Positions 11,606 to 22,500 of a stretch of DNA of 59,303 bases are shown here, piece by piece. How positions within the stretch are numbered: position 1 is the first letter of the stretch; each line of letters opens with the position of its first letter. Below the pieces are notes generated by a model, which had not been told where the DNA came from, did not search any database, and worked only from the letters and a program-made list of their open reading frames with translations. The stretch is from Octopus bimaculoides. Taxonomy: Eukaryota. The DNA is taken from NCBI RefSeq assembly GCF_001194135.2, contig NC_068981.1, positions 114,533,094-114,592,396 on the forward strand, read 5' to 3'. The translations under genes and the position numbers were made by a program.

Positions 11606-13396
11606 NNNNNNNNNNNNNNNNNNNNNNNNNNNNNNNNNNNNNNNNNNNNNNNNNNNNNNNNNNNNNNNNNNNNNNNNNNNNNNNNNNNNNNNNNNNNNNN
11701 NNNNNNNNNNNNNNNNNNNNNNNNNNNNNNNNNNNNNNNNNNNNNNNNNNNNNNNNNNNNNNNNNNNNNNNNNNNNNNNNNNNNNNNNNNNNNNNNNNNN
11801 NNNNNNNNNNNNNNNNNNNNNNNNNNNNNNNNNNNNNNNNNNNNNNNNNNNNNNNNNNNNNNNNNNNNNNNNNNNNNNNNNNNNNNNNNNNNNNNNNNNN
11901 NNNNNNNNNNNNNNNNNNNNNNNNNNNNNNNNNNNNNNNNNNNNNNNNNNNNNNNNNNNNNNNNNNNNNNNNNNNNNNNNNNNNNNNNNNNNNNNNNNNN
12001 NNNNNNNNNNNNNNNNNNNNNNNNNNNNNNNNNNNNNNNNNNNNNNNNNNNNNNNNNNNNNNNNNNNNNNNNNNNNNNNNNNNNNNNNNNNNNNNNNNNN
12101 NNNNNNNNNNNNNNNNNNNNNNNNNNNNNNNNNNNNNNNNNNNNNNNNNNNNNNNNNNNNNNNNNNNNNNNNNNNNNNNNNNNNNNNNNNNNNNNNNNNN
12201 NNNNNNNNNNNNNNNNNNNNNNNNNNNNNNNNNNNNNNNNNNNNNNNNNNNNNATATATATATATATATATATATAGTTCAAATTTACAGTAAACAAAAG
12301 ACGATGACAGGTGAAGGAACAGCAAGCAGGTGTATTAGTTTGATGCTTAGGGAGAAGAGAAAAGACTTTGATGTTTCGAGCCTATGCTCTTCAACAGAAA
12401 GGATTGAGAGGAAAAAACTGGCAAGAGAATGAAAAAAGGAGGAGAGAGAAAAAAAATGTGTAAAAATATATACCTGAAGAACTGAAACAGCATTAGATTA
12501 AAATAATGATGTGTATAATATTTATAATGTATAAACAAATATAGAACAGCACTAGTTGTTATATTCTGTCTCAGAGAAATTTTCCAAGAAGCCTTGTGTT
12601 AAATGTGTATGTATAAGTATGCATCTGTGTGTGTTTGTCACCTTTGCACTTCTCCAAAAATCGCATTGCTGTTGTCATTTCTCCTTTCAACAATTTGTTC
12701 ACTCACTTTTTACTTTTAAAGATATGTAAAATAAAAGATCCTCAATAATATAACCATCAAACCCATGGTAACATGGAAAAATAGATGTAAAACCAAATGA
12801 TAATGTGCAATTTAACATTTTAAATGTATAACAAATAACCAGTGTTTAGAACTCCATATGTATTCTCATATGGCTGAATGAAAACCGTGAGGAGGACTCT
12901 TATTGTAGTCCATGGATCATTTGGTTGGTATCTGCAGTTGAGTACTAGATACTGTTTATAATTATATACCATCATCCATCATCATCATTTGATGTCTGTG
13001 TTTCCATGCTGGCATAGCATGGGTTCAACAGTTTGACAGGAGCTGGCTAGACAGACGACTGAACCAAGCTTCACTGTCTGATTTAGCATGGTTTTTAAGG
13101 CTGGATGCCTTTCCTAACACCGACCACCTTACATAGTGGACTGAAAGCATTTTTATGTGGCATCAGCACTGGCGAGGTTTGTTTTGTCAATGTATGTGTA
13201 TGTATATATATATACATATCTATATTGCTGAGGCATAACAATACTAATAANNNNNNNNNNNNNNNNNNNNNNNNNNNNNNNNNNNNNNNNNNNNNNNNNN
13301 NNNNNNNNNNNNNNNNNNNNNNNNNNNNNNNNNNNNNNNNNNNNNNNNNNNNNNNNNNNNNNNNNNNNTATATATATATTTATATATACACACACA

Positions 13397-13722
13397 CATC
13401 ATCATCATCGTCATCGTTGTTTAACGTCTGCTATCTATTATCTATGCTGGCATGGGTTGGATGCTTTGATTGAGGAATAGCAAGCCGGGAGGCTGCACCA
13501 GGCCCCAATCTGCTTTGGCGAGGCTTCTACAGCTGGATGCTCTTCCTAATGCCAATCACTCCAAGAGTGTAGTGGGTGCTTTTTACGTGCCACCAGCATG
13601 AAAGATTGTCAGGCGGCACTGGCATCAGTCACACTCAAAGGGTGTTTTTATGTGCCACTGGCACGGGCACCAGTCAGGCAATACTAGCATCAGTCACACT
13701 CAAATGGTGCTTTTTACATGAT
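13397..13722 (-). mobile_element. RTE 3' UTR/tail copy with two ~65-bp internal repeats
   Basis: (cat)n tail, gctggatgctcttcctaatgccaatcactcc block, gtgccac..ggcac..cagtcagg..actggc units. Confidence 0.8.
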
Positions 13723-13832
13723 ATATATACATATCTATATTGCTGAGGCATAACAATACTAATAACCTGGTGTTAGAACTCAATATATTTATATGCTTCA
13801 GAACAAAGCATTAGTCAGGAACTGAGCGATAA

Positions 13833-14020
13833 TAAGAAATGGGATGACAAAGGAATATGTTATATACATATAATGTTACGAACTTCATTAGCTTACAGCT
13901 ATTTCTACAATAAGATGCAATGCACTCATAGTTGAGTGCTTGAGTATCACCCTATAGCTTCATCGAATGAAGATATAGGGTGAGACTCAAGTTTATTCCT
14001 TCGTCATCCCAATTTCTGCT
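13833..14020. repeat. Nested foldback: ~27-bp outer IR enclosing 7-bp and 25-bp hairpins
   Basis: gcactca-tagt-tgagtgc (13922-13939); 25-bp arms at 13939-13991 with 2 mismatches; outer gggatgacaaaggaata / tattccttcgtcatccc. Confidence 0.8.
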
Positions 14021-14785
14021 ATATATATATATATATATAATTTAGCTGCAATTTAACAATACTTTATGAGTATCAAACTACAATATACATATCATATGAA
14101 GTAACTAAGGAATCTAATATTAAAGGTAGGTATTGCCTTTTCTTTCTCTGCTCAGAGAAGAATTTTTACTGGGATTTGTTTATGCTGATTAAAATTGGAT
14201 CACTAAATATTCAGCTACAGTATCTTGTACAAAATCAAACTTTTAAAAAAACTATCATGGCTGTCTGTAATGGATACATTGTTATATAGAGGACATTCAG
14301 TGTAAATCAAAAGACTAGTTGAAGTGGGATATAAACATGAATGACTTTTAAGATAAGTAATTTAAAAATGAGAAAACGTCACACTAATTTCATTTGGAAG
14401 GTGGATACTAAAATATGATTCTAAGTCCAACAAATAGTCTTTGTGTTGAATTTTTTCGTAAGGGACATAACTTTGTTGATCTTGCACTGTCTGGCTCAAA
14501 ATAGAATAGTCACCGTGTTGAATGTAAGGGACATAACTTTGTTGATCTCGCACTGTCTGGCTCAGAATAGAATTTACACTCAAGTGATTTGACAACTAGT
14601 ACTCAATATATAAATGTCCAAATTTGTTAAAACCAATGCAACCATGCTAACATTGAATAATAATACCAACCTGTTTAACAAAAAATTCAATTTTATCAAA
14701 CACTTAACTATATTGAAAGTGGAGAAGGGTTAATAAATATAAAACAAAACTGAAATTAAATTTAAATGATATAAAATAAACTAAC

Positions 14786-15421
14786 CTGGCGAGACAGATA
14801 AGTTTTGTCTTGCTGAAGTAAAGAAATCTCTTGTTTGCAGCAACCTAGCTGTCTGTTTAAATCATCACGTTCTTTTTGGACATTAGCAAGTGATGCATCC
14901 AACACCAGGTTATGGCGCTGTAGTTCAGTTTGGTCATGCTGTAGGTTATCTCGATCACTCTTGATATGGTCAAAATTGTTTATTTTATACAAATCGGTTT
15001 TAATTTTGGTTTGATTCTCAGAGAGCTGTAGACTCATTTTCTGATATTTTATCCTTAGTTCTCCATGGGCAATGCGTTCCCCATCTAACCTCTTTTGTAA
15101 ATCAGATAATTTGTTTGTTAATGTTTTTATCTCTCTTTCAGAACTGATGGTTTCTGACTTCAATGTTTTCACTTCATTTTGTAGAGGAAAATTTTTTTCA
15201 TAAAGTTTAATGCTAACATATTCTCGCAAAGACCAGTCCTCCTCTTTCTGGCTTCGTAGTTCATAGTATTCTTGTTCACTGAGGTCCAAATTCAGCAGAC
15301 TATTTTTCACGTCACATGCTTTATCTTGTAATATAGCATTTGATGATTCTAGTTGATGCTGCTTCTTGACAACATCTTCTAGCTCTTTCTTCATAGAATC
15401 TTGATAACGCTTGAATTCTTC
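14786..15421 (-). CDS. PIBF1: Progesterone-induced blocking factor 1 (CEP90) coding exon 2
   Basis: tttcag acceptor, 636 nt phase 0/0: EEFKRYQDSMKKELEDVVKKQHQLE...SLREYVSIKLYE...LLQQDKTYLSRQ, then GTTAG donor; aligns with human PIBF1 (SIPEYVSVRFYE, LLQKDKEYLNRQ) from memory. Confidence 0.93.
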
Positions 15422-16026
15422 CTGAAAGGATTAAAAAAAAAATAGTTTGAATCAAAATATAATTTCAACAGCTTATTTTAACAGATGACAACTACTACCA
15501 CCATCATTAACAGCCTTCTAACATTTTTCTATGCTGGCTGAGTAAACACAACTTTATCTTTTTCGTGTGTCTTGTTCTTATATGGCTTTAACTATGATGA
15601 ACAATGCTCTTAGATATAACTTTCCTATACCCTCACAAGTTTCATCTATTTAGGAGCACAAAAATGATCCATCTTGGCTAAAGTCATAGTGTTTTGTGAC
15701 AACCGATTTCACATCTCTCACTAATTGAGGAAAGCTGGATATCAAGACTCGATCAACGAGGTTCTTGTCAAAGGATTTCATACAATTTTGTTCCTTATTG
15801 AATTCATCCGCCATGGTTTCCTAACAAGACTGGTGCACTATTTTATGCAGAAGATTGGTTTGAGACCCAAACACCAGATAGCCGTAGCAACTGAGACCAG
15901 CTCAAGGTGGCTGTGGTTAACAAGAGACTTAGTTCATCCATTTATTTTAGCTATCATACCCAAGGTCATACTGCATATCTATATGTATCGTTCACTTGCA
16001 AAATTCATAACTTCAAAGCACTATTT

Positions 16027-16064
<38 letters not shown>

Positions 16065-16309
16065 GGGGAGAGAGAGAGAGAGAGAGATTAAAAGAGCCAG
16101 CTTAAAATATTTGTGACCTTCTAGACATTTACATTCATCTAAAAGTTTGGAACAAAAACAAATCAGAAATAGATGCTCTTCTTAGCAGAAAGTATTTGGA
16201 AAGATTTTAGTAATTAGGATAATTTTTGGTGTGATGGTCACAAATTTTCTATTGCAATGTTTTCACTGCATTCTATTGTTGGTCTCACACTCAGGTATCA
16301 ATACTACTT

Positions 16310-17400
16310 GGAAGTTGATATCAGCATGTTTCATCTGGACAAGTATCAACAAAGATATTCCAGAGTAGGTTAGGAAAAGCATCACCTGTAAGGAAGCAAA
16401 GATACTACAGCATTTCAAGGCACTGTTAGGTATTTTTGCTTCAATAGATGCAAAGTTTGAGTATATATGTTGATCTCACAGGACCACTTCCTCTTTCATA
16501 TGGACACAGACCTGTTTGGTTATATGAACAAGTATACCAGATGGTCAGATGTTATGCTACTACTTACTAGCTGATTACGAAGGATTTCCAAATACAGTAC
16601 ACCGTCAACCACCACAACTGATAGAGGATGGTAGTTCAAATCTATCTAACATGATCACTAGGATGCAATCAAAATCATATTGTTGCTTACTATTTACCAT
16701 CTAATAGTAAAATGGAACATTTCTTTCACCAACTGAAGTCAGCACTGAAAACCTAAGCTGATCCCGTTGGATGGAATGAGTATGCTTTCTTTATATATCT
16801 GGGTCTATGCTCCACAGTAAAGGAGAGATTTAGATACACCCCCATTTGAACTCCTATTTGATAACAACATCAAATAACTACCTGGAGAAATGGTTGCACC
16901 TACTTCTCTTTTTACTACCTACAGTAGACCTTTTAGTGATTGCTGCTTTCTCAACAATCTAAGAGGCTCTATTATAACATCATTCAGCCTTTGATATATT
17001 GGTTCTACAGTGTTAGTTAGCCAATTGAAGACTAATAGTCTGTAAAGTCTTATTCTACTAACAAGATAAGTAGACATTTATTTTTCTTTTAGTATGTAGA
17101 AAATTGTGCATATTGAAGCTTCTCAGTGTTAAACTTTAATCATAACTTATTAAACTATGTTCATAGATTATGTGAATTCATAGCAGACCAGAGCATAAGT
17201 CCTAAAGACCTCTCCAAATGTCCACATTTCTGTTTACAAAGATTATTTTTTTAAAAATTACTTCAGACACCTAATACAGAACTATTGAAAGTGTTGCCCA
17301 TGAGTTACAAGCATATCACTCTTGATATACATGGTGAATAAGAGACTGTTAATATCAACCATCTCAAGCCAGCATATTTGGAGAGCAATCTATCCACAGT
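16310..17400 (+). mobile_element. Ty3/gypsy LTR retrotransposon integrase remnant
   Basis: KLISACFIWTSINKDI, YVDLTGPLPLSYGHR (~16466-16510), NINHLKPAYLES (~17350-17387); purine tract gggaaggg then TG at ~17646-17660. Confidence 0.8.
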
Positions 17401-17994
17401 ACCTCAACCAACAAATTCTACAGTTTTTTTCTCAAGCAATCATTCTTGAGCCACTATTGTTAAGTAACATCAACACGCTAATTATCCAGCCTTCTACTCT
17501 AATGACCAGTAAGACCACATCATCAACCAGCCCTTTTTCTATAGGTACTCTAATTCTAGTAAGAGATTTCTGTGTCACCTCTCTTTTCTCACTATCTTTT
17601 GTTGATCCTTCCTAATCTTCCAAATTACAGCTTTCTCAGAAATGTGGGAAGGGCTAATGCAGTGATACCATTGGATTTATGACATATTGATTTTGCTGTT
17701 TTGTTGAGCGCCAATAAGAAATTAGTAGTTTGTGAACTATTATTTTACCGACAGGGTAGGAAGCAGATTCTTTTTCCTGTTAGTATGTACAAAATAGTGT
17801 GCACCTAAGTTTCTCAATGTTAAACTTTCTTAACATTTATATCATCCACACACTTAATCAAACTAAACACAAAGGTATATTTTAGAATTTATATTTTCAT
17901 CAATTTTTTAATGACCATTTATTGCTGTCATCAGCATTGCTGTTCAGTAATACTCTCATGTATATGTGTAGGCATAACATCTTTATTTACTAGA

Positions 17995-19060
17995 TACAGG
18001 TCATTCAAATTGCCCATGTTATTGGAATAAGTTTTCCTCTATACAAAGGTATAGTCTTCATCATAAGCTCTTGAATATTCTTTAGGAATGCACTGTTGTT
18101 CTCACTTCATCACAACCAGTTGCACTTCATTTGTGTCATCAAATCATTCTCTCTGAAGACTGTCCTTCAATGGACAGAACAGATGAAAGCTAGAGGATAC
18201 CAGATTCAAGTTGTATGGTGAATGGGGTCCAGTGACCAATCCAATTTGTCAATTGCTTAATTTGTTGCCAAAGATGTGTGTGGTCACACATTGTCATAGT
18301 GAATGTAGATAGCTTTCAGATTTCTTTTTGGCCCTGCACCGTTCTCCTAATGCCTTCTCTTAGCTTTTTGAGTATCTCAACACATTGTTTGAGGCTCATG
18401 GTACAGCCACATTCCAGAAAGTCAAAGAGAATGATCCTCCATTGTAATCCCTAACTAACAGTCACTTTGACTAATTGCTGATTCTTAAACTACTTTGGCT
18501 TTTGAGAAGTGTGATGTTATTTCACACACTGAGCCTTCATTTCTAGATCATAAAGATATGCCCATATTTCATTTGTCATCAGATAAAAAAAAGTAACACG
18601 TCTTCATTTGCTCCAAATCCTCACAGAAGATCAGAGCAGATTTCTCTTCTTTGAATTGGGTGTAAACTGTTGAAGTACCCACTTTTCACATATTTTCTGA
18701 TACCTAGTCTTCCACCTCTTCTGTAATGCACTGTAACAACAGTTCAGTCATACATCAACCTCACAAATTGTAAAATGCCTCTCTGTATGAATCAATTTGT
18801 CCAGTTGCTGGTGATTCCTATCAGTTTTTGCAGTTGATGGTCTCTCACAGCATAGCTTGTCTTCAATACTCATTTCTCCTTCTTTATCTATCTGTGCACT
18901 GGTTTCATCTCTGTAAACAATTTCTAATTTTCTGTTATATCAGACAATCTGCACCCCTCCAACACATTGCTTTTGCTTGGAAGCCATTGTGGCTAATGAA
19001 GAAAAGCAGGGAGAAACGTTACTATGCCTCCTTTTGCAATACAATCAAAACAACCTTTGC
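17995..19060 (-). mobile_element. Decayed mariner transposon
   Basis: Minus strand SIEDKLCCERPSTAKTD, MTNEIWAYLYDLEMKAQ (TGDETW motif), HSPYNLNLVSSSFHLFCPLKDSL (YSPDLAPSD motif). Confidence 0.85.
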
Positions 19061-20049
19061 ATAATACATACACATACACACAAATATTACCAGAACTTTA
19101 TGAAGGAGACAACAGAGGACCAAGATATGTGATGCATTGCTGTACTCGACCAGCTCACCACAATAAAATTGAGATCCTAAAACTAAGGTGCCACATAAAC
19201 AGCATTGGTTTGGGTGCTGGTTCCAGTACATTGTGGAGTGATTGGTGTTAGAAAGGACATCCAACCGTAGAAACTAAGCCAAAATAGGACTATCGAACCT
19301 GTTGCAGCTCCTGGCATTGGCAGTTCCTGTCATGGCCTCCAACACATGCCAGTATGGAAAACGGACGTATGATGATGATGATGATCTACTGTAGCACACT
19401 ATTAGAAAAGCAGAACGTCTCATATGCATAGTGGGGTAAGGAATGCCATTATGTTCAAAATTTCATCAACAATTATGCAACTTATTTAATCACAACAAGA
19501 AATGGGAACATCGACCAATTGGAACGTGTCATGTACCGCAGTATGGAGACACTTTAACAAATAACTAGTGACTAAAAAGAGAACCCAGCACGAAAGTTAT
19601 GGCCCTTTACTTTTTGAGTTCAAATCTTGTCCCAATTTGCCTTTCACCCCTTTAGGTTGATGCAGAATAATTTTTTTAACTAATATATAAATATTAATGC
19701 GTATTCAACAATGACAACAAAAAGTTGTAGGTACTCAGTCATCATTAGGATTGGCAAACAAAAAATGAATCGCGATCGTTCTAAGACAAATGGTAAGAAA
19801 ACCCGAAGAAATGTTTTTGTAAAATTGAAAATACAGTTATCCTTCAGTATGGGAGTTTTAAAGAAGTCAATAAAAATCAAATGTAAGTAACAACGTAGAC
19901 ACTGGATATAGCAACCAAAAAGTGTCATCTTTGTTTACCAGTAAGTTGATTTATTTATCTCCCCTTCAATTTTTATTTACTTTTTAAATTTCCGAATTTT
20001 CTTCACTACGAGAGTGCCACTGTACATGCGAACAGCACAACTTAACATA

Positions 20050-20260
20050 TACACATGTATGGAAAGGCGACAAGCTGGTAAAATCGTTAGCATGCCGGAC
20101 AAAATGCTTAGAAGCATTTCTTCTGACTTCCGTCGATCTCAATTTTGCCCTTCATCTTTTCGGGGTCGATAAAACAAATATCAGTCAAGATGTGGGGTTG
20201 ATGAGATTGACTAGACCCAAACTTCCACCAAAATGTTAGGCCTTGTACCTAGAAAGGAGA
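20050..20260 (+). mobile_element. tRNA-type SINE (head plus core)
   Basis: aaggcgacaagctggtaaaatcgttagc head; ttttgcccttcatcttttcggggtcgataaa core as at 1467-1590. Confidence 0.65.
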
Positions 20261-20708
20261 TACACAGGTATGGATGTACGTACAAGCATACATTCGTGTA
20301 CGTAAATACATACATACAGTTGTATGTGGTTGGTCATTATTTGAATTAAAAAGATAGTGAGAAATGTTAGTATAGATGCTAACTTTAACTGCCCACATTA
20401 CTTTCCTTATAGAAAAAGAAATACAACTATACTAATGCTTTCATTAGTGAATATATAACTCATTATTTTAATACAGTAAGCTTATTCTGCAATTCAGACA
20501 GTTTGTATTGCTATAATGAATCCTATATGTAAATAGAATTTTAACAAAATACCTGAAGTCAGTCGACAGGACCTGCGTTGTATAATTGAAGATTAAACCG
20601 ACAGATAAAGCAAATTGAATTACATCAACACCCATAGGAAAGGCAGAAATATAGGACTTTGTTAATCATCAAAATACGATCAATAATAAATATGAGGCAA
20701 ATATTAAC

Positions 20709-21068
20709 CTGTTGTATTCGGATTTCAGATTCCAAACGAGTTTGGAGAATTTGCTTTTGGTAAAGAGCTTCATTCAGTTTCTCTTCTAATTCTTCTGTTC
20801 GTTGCATATGTTGTATCTTTAGGTTATCAATGGCAATTCCTTTTTGCGATGACTCTATCTTGTGCAGCTGTAGGTCATGAAGTAGCTGCTTTTTCTCAAG
20901 AATATTTCTTCCAGCGGCATTAGATACGGTATCTTTAATTCTTCGCGAACTGCGCCGGTTCACATGTTCCCTTTCTGGAGAAAATGTGTCCGTTGGAACA
21001 GAGGTCTCGAGACTAATTTCATCAGATTCTTGATCTCGGAATATCTGAGAGAATTCCATATCCATCAT
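20709..21068 (-). CDS. PIBF1: Progesterone-induced blocking factor 1 coding exon 1
   Basis: 360 nt: MMDMEFSQIFRDQESDEISLETSVPTD...KKQLLHDLQLHKIESSQK..IDNLK..EELEEKLNEALYQKQIL..QQ, then GTTAAT donor; human has DISLETTVPTD and EELEEKLNDALHQKQLL. Confidence 0.95.
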
Positions 21069-21082
21069 CTTTTCTTAATGAA

Positions 21083-21170
21083 CTGTGCAAAGAATTGTTA
21101 TAATCTTTATATATATATATATATATGTATATAATACCAAGATCTTGAAATCAAACCTTTCTCGGCTTAC
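21083..21170 (-). other. PIBF1: Probable 88-bp 5' UTR intron of PIBF1
   Basis: Minus strand ATGA|GTAAGC donor and ttctttgcacag acceptor 14 nt before the ATG; contains (TA)n. Confidence 0.55.
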
Positions 21171-21431
21171 TCATTCCACTAAAATCGTTCATTTTTCATT
21201 TATAATACAAAGCAATCAATCATTTTCAGTAAGAAATAGCTTAAGAAAGAATACAAAGTATTGAGGTACGCTTTGTTTATTGACTTGTCGTAACACGTTT
21301 CGAAAGTAGCGCCGCGCTAGCACTGTTGAATTATCTCCCTTTAGTGAATATCTCTACAAGTGACGAAAATTTCTTTCTGACAGCCCTAACTAATCTATTG
21401 TTAAAACTAAAACTTTATTCGATTTTACATG
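21171..21431. promoter_or_regulatory. Shared bidirectional promoter region of PIBF1 and BOP1
   Basis: Divergent ATGs at 21068 (-) and 21600 (+); local CpG cluster 21288-21320 with palindromes TTTCGAAA and TAGCGC-C-GCGCTA. Confidence 0.7.
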
Positions 21432-21599
21432 GTAAAATAATGTATTTATTTACAATATATTTTTGCCTATTACTTTTTCATTTATTTTATAACGTAATAC
21501 AATGAGCTTATACAGATTTTCGTCTCAAATATTTAATATCTAATAACACATATATTTATAGATTAGTCAGTGCTGACCAACGCATGGCCTTTTTCAATC

Positions 21600-21665
21600 A
21601 TGGTCACCAAAAGTGAGAAGAGGAAACGTCCTGTTGTTGAGAATGTTGAACCAATATCTAATGAT
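21600..21665 (+). CDS. BOP1: Ribosome biogenesis protein BOP1/Erb1 exon 1
   Basis: atcATGG context; MVTKSEKRKRPVVENVEPISND, then GTAAGT; basic NLS-like KRKR; phase 0 fits exon 2. Homology weak here. Confidence 0.7.
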
Positions 21666-21994
21666 GTAAGTAATATTTCTTCTATTTAACTGTTTCTGCA
21701 TTTGATGTCTTCTCTGCTATACTTTAGAAGATGACTGACTTCACGTCTATTAGTATTACACGTGTATCTTGTATTGTAGGTATGTTACATTTTTTAACGT
21801 TTATCTTGGTATAGCATGCTTATAACAGCTTCGGCCTCCTATGTAAAACATTATACAGCATAATATTTTATCTAATAATTTATAATAACAACATCTTAGA
21901 GGCGTTTTAGCTAAGTTTTGAACCATGTGGCATGTACAGTTCATGAATGAGATATTTTACCTCTTTCAACTACCAATACTGTAATCTACTTATC

Positions 21995-22500
21995 TATACT
22001 AGCCTTAAAACCGTCCTTAGGGCGGCACTCACCCTAGATACTGCAGAGAGCATCTTTGAGGCCTTCGGCTCCACTATCGGGATGCTTTGCGGCCCTCTAC
22101 TCTTGTGTAGTGGAAATTATTTCTGCAAATGTGCTGAGTATTGGTGCTGATCATAGTTTGATTTATAAGCGTAGGAGCGAGGTAAATGAATAAAAAACAA
22201 TTGTGAGATGGGGGTCAGTGGGGCTCCATTTAAGTGGTCCTTCAGAAATTGAACTTCCTTACAATACTCCATGTGAGTTCATGGTACGAAATTCATTGTC
22301 ATTTCTCCGATATAGTCGCGAATGCCATGTATTTTGTTTAAAACGCAGTAAAAATAGGGTCGTTAGTGAGGCCCCAATTAGGCGGCCCTTAAAAAAATAG
22401 ACACCCTTCCCTTAGGACATTTCCTGAGATTAGGGGAGTTGCTGATTTGAGTTTTGATCTAGAAGTTAACGGACAGAAGCATAACTCAAATTTATATTAC
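21995..22500. mobile_element. Helentron/DINE-1-like non-autonomous element
   Basis: TATACTAG terminus followed by hairpin ccgtcc-tta-gggcgg; other end ggacagaagc..aaatttatatt; abuts a Helitron ORF. Confidence 0.45.

Noticed and set aside
19767-19892. Short plus-strand ORF MNRDRSKTNGKK... with donor-like sites inside PIBF1 intron 1
   Set aside because: No downstream exons or homology found; nested gene unsupported
20553-20572. 20-nt candidate poison micro-exon on the minus strand (cgcag|...CAG|GTATTT)
   Set aside because: Weak polypyrimidine tract; cannot be told from chance without junction reads
21280-21295. Possible RFX X-box for the ciliary gene PIBF1 (ttgtcgtaac)
   Set aside because: Only a partial half-site; does not fit the GTNRCC-N0-3-RGYAAC consensus
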